A DNA stretch of 58,260 nucleotides, filler included, from Porpidia crustulata (Eukaryota), in the NCBI GenBank assembly GCA_964255105.1. It is 2 parts of 2 records of this genome, joined end to end, with 100 filler letters (N's around TTAATTAATTAA, not from the genome) between each part and the next. Parts side by side here need not be neighbours in the genome. Positions count along the whole stretch, not along the records: positions 1 to 29,270 come from CAXUWE010000027.1; 1 more part is not named here. One strand, 5' to 3'. The translations under genes and the position numbers were made by a program. The notes beneath the pieces are model-generated. The model did not search any database. It saw nothing but the letters and a program-made list of their open reading frames with translations, and was not told the DNA's origin. The stretch's first letter is position 1, and each line of letters begins with the position of its first letter. Below, one piece after another: positions 13,800 to 26,879 of the stretch.

Positions 13800-16395
13800 T
13801 CACCCATTTGGTCGGGAATCGATCAATGTCACTTTAGACGCTGAGGCGCTGTGTAAATGACGGTTGAACGAGCGGAAGGTACGTCTATATTTGGACGCCC
13901 AGTTTCCGCCGATCTTATTTAAAGGCTTGGCCAACCTTGCACTCCTCTTGCGGCGAGTTGCGGCGGGCAATTTCTCATTGTCAGTAGTATGGCAGGATGA
14001 GGTTGGAGATCCAGCTGACTGGTACTCAATGGCATCTTTGAACACATCTTGATCGTTATCAGAATGTCTAACAAAAGCTCCTTCTACCTGTACCGTTTGC
14101 TTGGCACTTTCTATAGCTTCGATCATGGCTGTGAACGCTTTAAGGAGCTCAGCAGATGGGTCCACTGTTTGAAGCCGCTGTTTGGCCGTTCTGCCCGAAT
14201 TGTCATTCCCATTGATGTTGATGTTACGAATTGCATATCGTTTTTCAGCAAGGAGTCTAATAGTGGAAACATCTCGTGACAGCGCTGCACGGTGCAGTAA
14301 AGTTTGCGATTCGTGATCCACTGCAAGCACATCGCATTGGCTCTCAAGTAATATTTCTGCCGCCTAAATTGCTGCATATTGTATAGCTCGAAGGAGCGGA
14401 GTTGCACCAAAGATATCCCGGATCTCTCTGTTCGCTCCTCGATCGAGCAGGCACGCCACACCGCGGGCGTTATTACGCCAAGCAGCTAAGGCGAGGGGGC
14501 AACGTTGAAACACATCTTGCTCATTCACATTAAGATTGTGTTCTAAGAGTAGCTGGACGAACGTAGCGTCCGTTTGTTGGCAGGCGCGATGCAAGGCCGT
14601 CATCCCATATCCGTTCTTGTAGTCAGTATACCCATTGACAGAAGGGTAGCCGTGCAATCAAGTCTTGAATGGTTGACAGTAGCATATAATGCGTTCTAGC
14701 CATTGTTATTCCTGAAATCGATGCTGGCCCCGTGTTTGTGGAGCTCCTGCAAACCTTCGGTGTCACCTCTTGTAGCCGCCCAGATCAGTGGCGTATTACC
14801 ACGAGTATCTGGACAGTTGGAGAGATTGGACTGCTCTTTCAGAGCTTCTGCCAACTTTCGGCCGTTCAAGCCTAGCACGATGTGATGCGCGAGATTAAAG
14901 TTTTGGTCGTTGAGAAAATCTCGATCACTAAATTTTGCGCGAAGAAAATCGATAATTTTCTTATTCATCGAGTTACCAAGGCTGATGTCCCAGGCATATG
15001 AGGCCGGGCTCCTACCAAATCGTGAGTAAGCGTGGTCAGGGGTTTGCGATTCGCGGCTTACTCGAAATGAGTTTTCAATGCATAACGGTCTGCATCAGTC
15101 TTGATTATAAAGTCAATGACTTCAACGCTTCCATGCTCCACAGCGAACTTTCAAACTTTTAGTCAGTGCTTGGTCAACATTTCCAACGGCGATACTTACG
15201 TGAAGTGGCGTACATCCATCCAGATGGCCTGCATCTTACGGTGCAGCCAAGCCTTGCGGGAACAAGGATTGGATCCCGACCAAGTCTTTGTTATGTGTGT
15301 ACTTGAACAACAGAGCGCCATTTAAAACAATACTGGCCATCTTGATCGAGAGTTGGGACCCACCAAGAGGCATAGAGCGGAACGTAAGCTCGATTTTCTT
15401 CTCAACGAACCAAGCTGGGAAGTAATAGGATATGCCAAACCTCAGGCCCCGCCGCCTACGGCAGGTTGTGACATCGCAGCGTTTTTTTGCAATTGGAAGA
15501 CCGCAATAACCCCAAAACAGGATTCCTAGAAATCGATCAAGCGGTTTTGGGCTTCGACCATGCGTAGCTTCATGGCAAAGACAATGACAGGAGGTGTCGC
15601 ATACCCAGGACGGTCTCTATATCACCTGAACCTCTAGTCCACGTCTTCCCTCAAGTAAGGCGTCTGCGCCCTTGATAGGGTCTCCTGAGTACAAAGTTAG
15701 AATACTCGGCTGGAGGAGGGACGGCGAGGCTACCTCAGAGGAAACCCCGCTTAATCTTGAATCGACAAGTTGTCGTAGGTCCTGGATCTCCTCCTGAAGT
15801 TCATGCGTATCAGTAGCTTGAGCTTGATGCAAGATTTTAGAACGGTCACTCGAGGCCACGACGTTGGCCACGCTCAATTCAATCCGTGCGCCGGTGGACC
15901 TTCACGAACAATCCACCATCGAAGCTCGTAGTACCTTCGCAACATGACATCTTCAGCAACTCGCCGGCAGTCCTCACAAATTAGCAATGCAAAGCGCATA
16001 CGACAATTCTAGCTTGATCGCAAGTAGTTGCCGTTGATACTTTGACACTTGCGGTTTCTCCCGTAGCCATGCCGTTCGAGAGATTCTCGCATTTCTAAGG
16101 AAGCTCTCTTCTTTCATGAGGACATTGCTGACGAAAGTATGTAGATGGTTGGGCGTAGTGTTTGCTTTGGAAAGGACTGTGTGGAGACTAGTAACACCCG
16201 TACTCTTTACGTTCAACCTCTTGTTGTAGCGCAGAGTTTGTTCGACATCTTTGATAGTCGCACTAATGTCGAATATCTCGTTGACCAAGGCTTGGACCTC
16301 GTCAGACGCGCCATGAATCTTTAGAATGACTTTCAGGCTCGCAGAAGTGAAAATGGCAATGGTAAGAACACTTGCGATGATTGAAAGAGATCCAT
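13800..16395 (-). pseudogene. Fungal N-terminal (HeLo-like) domain plus ankyrin-repeat protein, disrupted
   Basis: ATG GAT CT CTT TCA ATC ATC reads as MD(P)LSIIAS with a 1-nt loss. Ankyrin repeats GNTPLIWAA, GMTALHRAC and GATPLLRAI are split by in-frame stops at 14696 and 14364 and by frameshifts. Confidence 0.8.
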
Positions 16396-17000
16396 GGCCA
16401 TACAATAGAGAGCAAAATCATCGTCGTCTGTGGAAGTTGCGAAACTTCGTCCAGCTTGATAAACTGAACCTCAGCCTCTCAAGCTCTCGTATAGAAATAT
16501 TAATGGAGTCTCGCTATCGTATTTGATTGGTTGGGCGTCCACTCCTCTGGTTCGGTAGAGCGATGAGATGAAAGAAAGTAATGCGACCAGTCAGGCATCG
16601 CCTTGGCCAGATTATTGTATCACCAATCCACAATCTGTTTCATTCAAGAGCCACGTCTCAGCCACCAGAGTAACACATTGGAGACCCCGTCCTACATATC
16701 TTTGGTATGCGAGTAAGGTATGTAGGTGGTAAGTGACAAGTGAGGAAACGGTAGAACGGTATTGTTCCGCAGAGCCGCATCAATCTCATGGTGCGGTTCT
16801 TTCCGCTCTGTCTGGATCATCCCCCTTTCTGTCTACATGCCTTGCCTGCTTACGAGCACCTAAGTAAGTAGAGGTATGAGTCACACCATTATCGATTGTT
16901 TCGAATGTACATGAATAAGAACTCCGCTCGTTACATTAAATCATTCCTTCGCCCTGTTCCATTGGTGAAATTTTTTGTTGATCCCACAATTCTACGCTCC

Positions 17001-17703
17001 ATGGCTTTCCACATCAAAGATCGATGCTTTGCGTATGGGGAACCGCTGTTCTATCTCGCAATTGCGTTTTACGGTCTGTCCAATCTTGTCTAGCCCCGAA
17101 TCCCAACCTCTGAGATGATATGTCTAGGTTCCTTATACGCCTTGATCCGAATAACCTTGCAAAACCCTAGTGACTTGTTCAGTGTCTCGAAAGTGAAGGA
17201 TATTGTGTTTGCCCAATTTTGGCTACGGATGGGTAAGGTGATTAGCGCTTCTATGTTTACTTTTGACCAATCATGATCTTTGCATAGGACCTATGTTTGC
17301 CAAAGAGGATGAAGAAACCGCTATTCCGAGGCTGGTCTCAAAGGCCTCGGAAGTAGTTGTCGAGCTTGGCCCTGGGATTGGCAGTCAGTTGCCACGATAC
17401 GACACTTCCAAGATCACGAAGGTGTATGGCGTGGAGCCGAATGTTGATCTACACAAGTCTTTAGGGGAGAAGGTCAAGGCGAGCGGGCTAACCAATATAT
17501 ATGAGATAGTTCCTTGTGGCATTGAGGATATTGCCAAGCTCGAGAAGCACGGCATATTGCTCGGGAGTGCTGATACTGTACTTAGTGTACAGGTGTTGTG
17601 CTCTGTGCCAAATCCTGATGAAACACTTCGACACTTGTACGCTTTCATGAAGCCCGGGAGCCAATTAATCGTTTATGAGCATGTGAAGAGCAAAGTATGG
17701 TAA
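17001..17703 (+). pseudogene. SAM-dependent methyltransferase (type 11 / METTL7-like), apparently lacking its 3' exon
   Basis: VVELGPGIG, YGVEPN, DTVLSVQVLCSVP and LIVYEHV motifs. GT-AG introns ~17074-17128 and ~17233-17288. No recognisable C-terminal exon after 17695. Confidence 0.65.
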
Positions 17704-18401
17704 GAAGTCGCTTGCATGAATCTGAACTTCGCCATTCTTCTACCGTGTGCTTGACAAGATTGGGCATCCTGAAACACTGTTGTATTCTTCCTCGATTACC
17801 TAGAAAGGTAATGACTAGTGAAGATCTTCCTTCACCAAAGGCCTCCATTTATTATCATTGACACTTCCCTGGGCTTTTGAGATCGCGCAGAGAACTCTAT
17901 ATGCCTGTGTCAGAGATTATCGATGGTACCGTTCTTGTTTGAAGATTCACTAGCAAAGACCTCGTTCCAAGGCGTAACAGTCAGATGATGGAAGGTAGTT
18001 GTTTGAGCTCGCAAATTTCCCCTGACTTATATTGAGTGAACTTTAAGATATTTGATAATGACGATAGTTAAAAATCGACAGCTTCTAGAATTTAATAGGC
18101 GGTGAGGGATAGGCTGGCTGCTACGGCATACTTTACACCCTCGGCGGACTTATCAATCTGGTGCTTGGGCTGGTTAAGGGGACCGGGTTTTTTGACCTGC
18201 TGAAGATTTGGTTCGGTGAGTGGGCTTGAGCTAGGCACTCGAGATCGACTGCTCTTAAGGTTGCCAGATGAATCCAGATGAGCCGACTTCTGGGGCTCAA
18301 AATATTCAAGTATGGGTAGAGCAAACTCTCACAATAAAAATTTCTCGAGTATCTTATCTATGTGTTCCTCGTAGAGATCCAACCTCATATTCTCGTCTAC
18401 C

Positions 18402-20028
18402 TCAGACCTGCTCAACACTCTGGGTGATTCTCCTATCGACCTGAATCTCGCTCATTGGAACCCGGCCGACATGATGCCCATGTTCGACATCGCCCTGAAC
18501 GTGCGTCACGACCACGTCCCCGTCTCGGTTCCCGGGCCCCACGAAGCCCGTCTTGTTTGCAAGAGGCAGCCTCGGTCCCAGCTCAAAGCTCCCCGACTTA
18601 CTTTTCTGCTCGTAAGAGCCCCTCGATTCTTTTATCTGCAAGGAGCTAAGTGAAGCGATCGAGATTCTGCTGCGAAGACTGTTAATGACGCTTTCGGGGG
18701 AGAAGCCGCGGAACATAGAGCATAGGGTGGGCAGGCAGGCTACGGGGACGGCGACGCCGGTTTCGATCATGGACCAGAAGATACCGAGGCTTGCGAGGCC
18801 TGGAGGAATCATCAGAAGATCCGGTTAGCAAAGAAAGTAAGAGAGGGGTAAGCTTAGAAGAGACGGACCTAGTTGGTCGGTACTTGGAAGCCCGAATAAA
18901 GTGGGGTGGGAGAGGACTTTGAAGGTTAGCTGAATGGCGTTGGTGGACTAAAGATGACTACGTACATGATGATGTCAGGTTTTGGAAAACAAAACCATGT
19001 GGAAGATACTAGCGGTAACAGCTCTATTGAAACGTCAGTCTACCTTGGGTGGTGTTGAAAGCGAAGTTTATATGGGCTCGCAATACGTACAACGACCCTA
19101 GAAGCAGAATACCCGAAATGTCGAATTTCTGTCGAATTCGCATTTGCAATGTCCAAACCTTCGGTGCTATCAGTACCTAGGCTCTTAAAACATAAAACAC
19201 AAATGCGAGACGGGATACACTGACCAATGGTATGGGTAGCACCAATGTTGCCGGATCGGTAAAAGCATCTGTGGCCGCGAATCCGACTTGACGTGCGTTC
19301 GCATCACTACAAGGCTCCTGGCTCTCTGCAATTAATCCCTAATTGGCCTGAAAGGTCGTTCCGTAGCGAAAGATGAGGAGAAATCCGAATACCACTGTCC
19401 ATACTGCGGTGATACCAATCATCGTCCAACTCAATACATTGAACACGTTGCCTCGGAAAATTCGTCGGTAAAAGAATAGGATAGAGAGCTTTGTGAAGCC
19501 TAGAGCTGGTTATTGCAGCAAGAGAATCGCATATATGCGCTGTATAATGACGATTTAGCCCCAGTTAAGGGCATCCATTGCTCCCAGCCCAGGAATCTGC
19601 AGTGTCGCCAGAGAAGGTCATTATACTCGCCTTGCACTGTAGAACTGCCTTGCTGATCCCGTTTAGGAAAAATTGCGCGGGGTTTGGTGGCGACGAGTGA
19701 GCTCCTATAGCATGCCCGGCGGCGCCTGTACGAACGATTAGATTTCAACATTGGCTGTAGAATCAAAGTACATACCAACAATGGCTGTAATAACAATTGC
19801 GACCATGAATATCTGAAATACGACGTTTCCTCTGTTAGCCATTGCTCGAATCCGAATGCCAACCTTTTCGGATGAGCATGCAAGACCTAAAAGTATCAAT
19901 CAGTCATCCAGGCCCAGCTCGAGGTTTTTATCACGCCTGGCCTTGAATCGCAAAGCCACTGCAAGTATACCAAGGATAATGAATATAACCGCAGTGGCTA
20001 TAACGCTTCTTTCATTGACATAAGTCAT
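18402..20028 (-). pseudogene. PTH11-like (fungal rhodopsin-domain) integral membrane protein, disrupted
   Basis: LAVALRFKARR..LGLDD* has a stop at 19900 where W is expected. Also GFTKLSILFFYRRIF, a second stop at 19339-19341 and WSMIETGVAVPVACLPTL. Confidence 0.8.
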
Positions 20029-21071
20029 TTCTTGATGTATATTTCTGAGAGTATGTTGTAGTATAACGAAAGGAGGCCAGTAATCTAAAATCAAGCCTAG
20101 AGAACTAGATGGGTACGTTTCCACAGAAAGCACAAAAAGCTACACTTAAAATACTTCAGAGACGAAGCTGTCAGAATCTCCACTAGTAAGAGATCAGCAG
20201 CAGTGGGATAATGATTGGACTACACGATCATTCAGGAGCAATAATTGATCCCAGTGAGCACGAAGGATCAACAAGTATGTTATGCAAATAAATAGGTAGC
20301 TCACCCGATATCGTAATTGACTCAAATGGTTAACAGATGCTGAAGGATTCAAGGTAAGAATCACAATACGCTGCCGCTTAATGATCATCTTTGTGATACG
20401 GTCGGTCCTCGCATTCCTTCCCCGCTGCATCCTTCGTGACAAAGCATGCTCGATGACGTTTCTCCAGGGTTGTGCATCATACCTTTAGGCAAAAATTTAA
20501 CGGCTGCTCATCTCTCGACCCACACTTCTTGCGTGGCACCATGGCTGCAGCCTTTGGTCGAGTGTCGTGTAATTTAAATTTGGATCGACTTCCGAGATTT
20601 TGGGCGGTTTCTTTGTGGTCCGCCATCGAAAGCAAAGACAGGGCAAATCTATCGTACGGAAGCCTATCATTTCCGCAGAATCACCGCGATGCTAATTTGC
20701 TCGTTTTCTGGTAGACTTGTCGCCCAGTTGGCGAGGCTGAGGCTACGATAACGTTTGATTTCCATGTGCCGTGTCAATCCATCTTTTCTTTAGCCGAGCA
20801 CGCCCAGCAAGTGTAGCGGCCTTGGATTGCAGCCCAAGAGATCTGAACAGGTTGTCCGCAGGGGCTATTCAATTGCCTCGTGAAACACAATCAAGGGTGC
20901 AACGGGATCCAGATGGTTGGCTCTCCATATCAATGCAGTGCTTTCTGTACCTAATTAGAATTAGGTATACTAAGGCGGCGCCTAAGCAGAAGTTTCCGTC
21001 GCTTCAGCCGCTTAAGTTCTACATGTTTAGCTACCGCTTTGATTGAATTGCGCTTATTCGTATATCTGTAG

Positions 21072-22010
21072 TTTCGACATGGTAGGACCAATGTACCAAG
21101 AACTCCCAGCATTCCTAGCAGAGACCAAATATCAGAATATAACCGACAATGATAAAACGGTCCACCACAGGGCGTGGAACATGGACGTTTCAGCATTCGC
21201 ATGGCTATCGCAGCATCCAGAGAATTTTACTAGCTTCAATCAATACATGGCAGCTCGGCGTCATACAGGGAATACATGGTTATCTGTGTATCCAATCTTA
21301 AAGGAAATTCAAGGATGGCAACCTGACGAACCAGTCTTCGTCAACATTGGTGTAGGTTGGCCATCAATGCGCGGAGCTCAAATCTAGACATCCGGACCTT
21401 CCAGGGCGGATGATTTTACAAGATCTTGCTCATTGCATTAATGGCGCAATGTTGGCGGATCAGGTATGGAATTAATGGCATTGGTATTGATGTTGTTATT
21501 AGGAAGTGGGTGGAACAGGAAATATAGGAGATTCTCCACTAGCGTCCCCAGCCCCATGTGGCGGAATAAACCTCCAAATTCCAACACGCAATACCGACAC
21601 CTGGTGTAGAAAACATGATCTATGATCTGTTCGAACCGCAACCGATTCGAGGTACCAATCAAGTCGGCATCTGATATCATGGATCCATCTAATTTCTACC
21701 AGGAGCCAAATTTTACTACACGCGAGCTATGCTACATGGCTTTCCCCGACGACAAGTGTCGCTCGCTCCTCGAAAATATCATTCGGTGATTTTGATCGAC
21801 GATATGGTTTTCCCAGATAAATATGTTCAGTGGCAGGTGGCGCAGTTCGATCTGACGATAATGTGCGCTCATGCGTCTATGGAGCGCACACTGCCTCAGT
21901 AGAGCGATTTACTGCACTCGGTGGGGCTAAGAATAAGGGATATCTATGTGTATAACCAAGTATGCCAAGAGAGTATCATGGCGGTTTTGCCTATGGCGGT
22001 TTTGCCTATG
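21072..22010 (+). pseudogene. O-methyltransferase (family 2) pseudogene interrupted by a solo LTR
   Basis: YQELPAFLAETKYQN, FNQYM, VFVNIG (frameshift) GHQC, ILQDL, PQPIRG|AKFYY, LIDDMV and SMERT..* motifs. N-terminal exons not found. Confidence 0.85.
21450..21586. mobile_element. 137-bp solo LTR-like insertion
   Basis: Ends TGTTGG...CCAACA (perfect 6-bp inverted, TG..CA). Flanked by the 5-bp direct repeat CGCAA (21445-21449, 21587-21591). Excision restores the OMT frame NGAIPTPGVENM. Confidence 0.85.
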
Positions 22011-22816
22011 GCAAGGCTTGATTCAGCGCTTCAGAATCCATGGCCGGGCAAGGCAATATATTGCACGACCAACTATCTTGGCTATCTTTTGCCTCTACAA
22101 TAGAAGAGCAGGTAACAGTTCAGTTCACCTGGCAGTCGGTGCGCCACCAGGATTACCAGGCATCATACCCAGACGGGTAATCACTACACCTATAACAGCT
22201 ACTCTTATGAATGAGCGCTTGCCATTATAGGCGTAGTCCCAGGGTTAGGGCAAGCCTGTATAGGTATGGTGCCCGATAATCCTAGTGACACACCGACTGC
22301 CAGCTGAAGGGCACAAGGGATAGCCATAAGTGATCTATCGGGACCGTAAGGGTTTAATCTGTCTACGACATTCCATATCGATCGATGGTTTGCCAAATTA
22401 TTTCATCGAGATATTAATTGATGACACCTAAGGCAAGCGGAAAAGCGATGGATTCTCGTCGTGATCGACAAGAACTGCCTCGCTGTCCCGGCATAACTGC
22501 ATTGAGCCTGGAGATCTACTCATGTTCGAAGACAGATGTTCTGCGAAGGATTCGATCCAAATTCACTCACCACTTACCTACCACGTCATTATGCAGTAAC
22601 AGAGGTTACACGCAGTGAGTTGGGGTGGTAATTGCAGGGCACATGTCATTTGTTCCCTTGCAGTCGGGTCGTTCGGAACGGACTTCGATATCACACCTTT
22701 ATCGTTGCCTGGACATATATCATCCAAGACCGCAGCATTCCTTTGAAAGAATCTACATCATCATCTTCGCCGTCCTGCACTCCTATTATTCTTTCCGGCT
22801 TTCACAAACTCACACA

Positions 22817-24499
22817 ATGTCCAACCCTAACCTTACCCCTACTCATGCCCCGACCTCGCGTATCCTCGAGCTCTCCACGCTCATCTCCTCGTCCACCCAG
22901 AAGATCAACGAAGTCCTAACAGCCTCAGACTTGCCGCTTCCCTCCTTCGAAATCGACCCCACCCTCACTCTTCCGTCGGAGCTAGACTCAGCTCGGGATA
23001 CACTCCTGGATGCCACTTCCGAGCTCCATGATCTGTTGTACGGATTTCAAAATATTCTGAGCCAATATGGTAGTGTGCGTGTGTGCAGCTAGACGAAACC
23101 ACTACCCCCGGCTACGAACGTATTAGGTTTGTTGTTTGCTAAGAATTCTATGTGTGGGTATATAGCATAACAACATGGTATCCTTGCACTCCATCTACCG
23201 CTTCCACATCGCCTCCAGCCTCTCTTCCCTCTCCCAAACCGCCCACGATCCAGACTCCCCTGTCCCGTACGCTCAACTGGCCCACGCAACAGGTCTGGAA
23301 CCCACTCTCTTGAAGCGGTTAATACGACATGCCATCTCCCAGCGTGTATTCTGCGAGCCGAAAAAGGGCTTTGTGGCCCATACTGCTACGTCGAGGTTAC
23401 TGGCGGAGGAGAATGCGAATGATTGGATGGGGGCCAGGTGCGAGGAGGTGTGGCCTGCTGCGTTGAAAGTGAGCCCCTCTGCACTGGAATAGGATACCAG
23501 CCTATGAAAGCAAGTGATTGGAGATAGCGATGTAGGCTGACGAGAAGCAGACTGTAGACGCGTTGGAAAAGTGGCCCGGGAGCCAGGAACCTAACGAGAC
23601 TGTATGTCATGTCCACTTTTTCTCTGAATTTTTACTCACATCTTTTTCGATAACCTCGCGTCGATTGGTTTTTGAGAGAGCTAGCTTACAATGCCACCTC
23701 ACAGGGATTTGCCCTCGCCAACAACACCCACGAATCAATGTACCAAGTACTTGAATCCGAACCTGACCGCGCCAAACGTTTCGCTGGCGCAATGTCTCTC
23801 ATCGCCTCCAGTAAAGGCATGGAAGCCTCTCACATCCTGGATAACTACCCCTGGGACTCCATTGTCGGTTCCGGTCTGGTTGTTGACCTTGGTGGCAGCA
23901 GAGGACCGATAGCCATCAAGCTTGCTGAGCGATTCCCCACCATAAATGTCCTGGTGCAAGACCTAGACAATGCAGTTGCTGGCGCAGACAAGCTAGTTCC
24001 GGAAAAGTTGAGGGGGAGGGTGAGGTTCATGGCGCACGATTTCTTCGCAGAGCAGAGTGTCCAGGCGGATGTTTATTATGTGAGGTGGGTATTCCACAAT
24101 TGGTCGGATAAGTACAGCGTCAAAATCTTGAGGTGCTTGATTCCAGCCCTTCGAGACGGGGCGAGGGTACTGATTCATGATTCTTGTTTGCCGGACACGG
24201 AGGACATGCCGAGGTGGAGGGAGAGAGAGGTGAGGTGAGTAATATCTCAATATCTTCTTTTTGGCTGCTAATAGCAGAATCCTGAAACACTGATTCAATT
24301 TTACTCTATCAGGGCCCTGGATTTGAATATGCTCTCAATTCTGAACGCACGAGAGCGGGACGCTGACGAATGGCGCTGGCTCTTCGAAGAAGCGGACCCA
24401 CGATTTACGTTTCTAGGAGTGAAGAGACCAAAGGGCTCGGATCTTGCAATCATAGAGGCAGTTTGGAACGAGAAGGAGGAGCATGCGAAAGGTTCATAG
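22817..24499 (+). CDS. O-methyltransferase (family 2, secondary-metabolite type), intact, 5 exons
   Basis: EPKKGFVAHTATS, VVDLGGSRG, VLVQDL, FMAHDFF, VYYVRWVFHNWSD and ALDLNML..NARER motifs. All four introns are GT-AG and in frame; stop at 24497-24499. Confidence 0.92.
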
Positions 24500-24614
24500 G
24501 AATATTAGCAGCAGACTTACTCACTTCTAGAACGACCCAAAGATTTTCAGATCTCAGCGTTTTGAAGCACTCTGCATTGTAGGTGTACCAAGCAGTTTCA
24601 TAAGGTATACAGAG

Positions 24615-25825
24615 CTAGAATCTTCCATTTTTGACACTGCCGTTTGGTGGATCACCATTGCGGAAAGGTAAACCGCTCTCAACCCTGACGGCTCCGTAAA
24701 TACCCAAGATATCGTACTCCGGTCCCGCATGATTCTCAGCAGTCGCTAAGCGCTCCATGGCCACCTCATACGACTTGAGCGACGTCTCACAAGCTGCTGC
24801 AAGCCCGATGATCTGGGAAGTCAGGGCTCTTGCCTCGGCTACTTCTACCATTGCCTATGATGTTCTTTATCAGCAGTAGCCCCCAGCTTGCATTATTTGA
24901 ACAGCGCTCTTTATACCTCTCCTTTGTAATATTCTCCAGTAACCATTTTGCCGGAATATACAGTATGAGGTGGCTGAGGAAACATAGTCTCGATCAAACG
25001 GATCATAGGCCCTGTCCCGAGGCCGGATTATTCGGCGAACGCGTAGGCTTCTGCTATGGTTTCGATGGTAGTCATGATCAGGACATTACCAATACATTTT
25101 AGCAGAGACGCTTCAGCAGGTTCTTCGCCGCTAAGATCGACGATCGCTCTTCCAACGCTTGCTCCAGTCATTTTCTAATCAAGATACATCAAGGGAGTCT
25201 AGGAAGCGCTTACACGCCTATCAGGTACGGTTTGATACGCTCTACCGAGCTAGCGGCGCCTGCTGAGACACATATCAGCAGGCCTTTACGAGCCATCTCT
25301 GGTTCGCCGAATACTGCTTTTGTCAGACTGGCTTCTCACCCAACCCAGGGCGTCCACGAGTAAATTGGGTGCCTGGCATCGCGACATACTCCGCTCCATG
25401 ATCCAAGACTCGCTGCCCAAACTGACTCGTAACCTCTGGTAGTACAGTGGAGCAGTCAAGAAACAGCTTTCCCTTAATATCAAGACCCGGGGCTAAGATG
25501 CGTTCGAACGTTTCTAGGACGGCTTCTTGGTCTCGTAAACAGGTCCAGATGATATTAGACTGAGATACAGCCTCCTCGACTGTAGAGACTATAATGAAAT
25601 GTCCGATCTTAGAGCTGTGTTCGGCTGCGCGTCGTCGATTCCGGTTATATAGGATCAAGGGATTCGACAGATGAGCTTTGGACACCAAGTTGGCGGACAT
25701 GGCCTTGATCGATAGAGCGTTAGCATTGCTCGAGGCCGGTTGACGTAGCTCTGAGTGGGGAAAAAACGTACTTGGCCCATTCGGCCCATTCTGCCCATAC
25801 CCAAGAAGGCCAATTGGGTGTCCAT
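24615..25825 (-). pseudogene. NAD-binding 6-phosphogluconate / 3-hydroxyisobutyrate dehydrogenase-like protein with a premature stop
   Basis: LAFLGMGRMG Rossmann start, LYNRN, FLDCSTV, LLKCIGN and YGAVRVESGLPF motifs. In-frame TAA at 25030-25028 (FAE*SG). Confidence 0.75.
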
Positions 25826-26879
25826 GTTCGCGGGCAATAGCCAACTATACAGGTTTGATCTAATGAATCAATGTGACTGAGCGTGATCGGCCGCTTGGAT
25901 TGAAAGGCAGTTCTATGACAGATGCTACGTAGCAGCTTATCATAGGGATGATCTGAGACGGCTCATACTACCACTCTATTCCAGGTCGCTATCTCGTCAC
26001 TTAAAGGATCCACAGATACTAGACCTTACCGAAATGCCTCCCTTGTACGCCTGACTGTATTCGAGGCAAATAAAGGCAGACAGAGACCACCATGTTAGAA
26101 AGAACGCCGCTGATCTATATAGCTATTTGCCTAAACCTCAATGGACGGGTTATTTAGACTGTGCCACTAACCAGCAGGAGGATTGCAGGAGCATGAAAGT
26201 TTCTACCAGGACGTAAAGCGGCATTAAGGCTTGCATCTTGCAATTGTTCTGCACTGCATATGCAGCGTAACCAGCCCGCGCGGTGAATGGAGAACTAACG
26301 TGCAAGCAAAACTCCTGCAAGGCGTCTACCGAACACTGCTCTTCAATGCGCCATCAAGTCTCTGAAATCCTCCGTAGACAACCACCTCTTGCTAGACCTC
26401 GCTCAACATCGGAGGCTCTTACCTAGGTCGATGATTCGCCTCTTTTGTGCATACATCAAAATAGCCGATCTATGCGTCCAGAACTATGCCTCCCAGAAAC
26501 TAAACTTGCACAACCCGTCCTTCCAATCCTAGTCAGCTCATATGACGTATTTCTCATGATCAACGCTTGAGCATAGATTATGTCCATTGTGTTAGGTCCG
26601 AGCTGCTTGGAATTAGGCATCCAAAAGCATCTCTGCAGTATCCTGAGGATAGCCAATTCTATTTCCGTTTGTATCGTATCCAATACATACAATCTTATTT
26701 CCGCTTCGAAAGAATTCTCCTCAAATTCCAGATACAAGCCGTACTCCATCGTGTTATGACAACGATTTCTTCTCTAGCAATCGTTGAATAATTCTATGAT
26801 GACGTTTGATAATTATTCAATGCTCGGATACTTCTCTATCTTGAACTCTCCTTTTAGCTTTGCACGGCGAAATCTATCC

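Noticed and set aside
21978..22012. 15-bp tandem duplication (ATGGCGGTTTTGCCT twice)
   Set aside because: Simple slippage at the end of a pseudogene; not an array.
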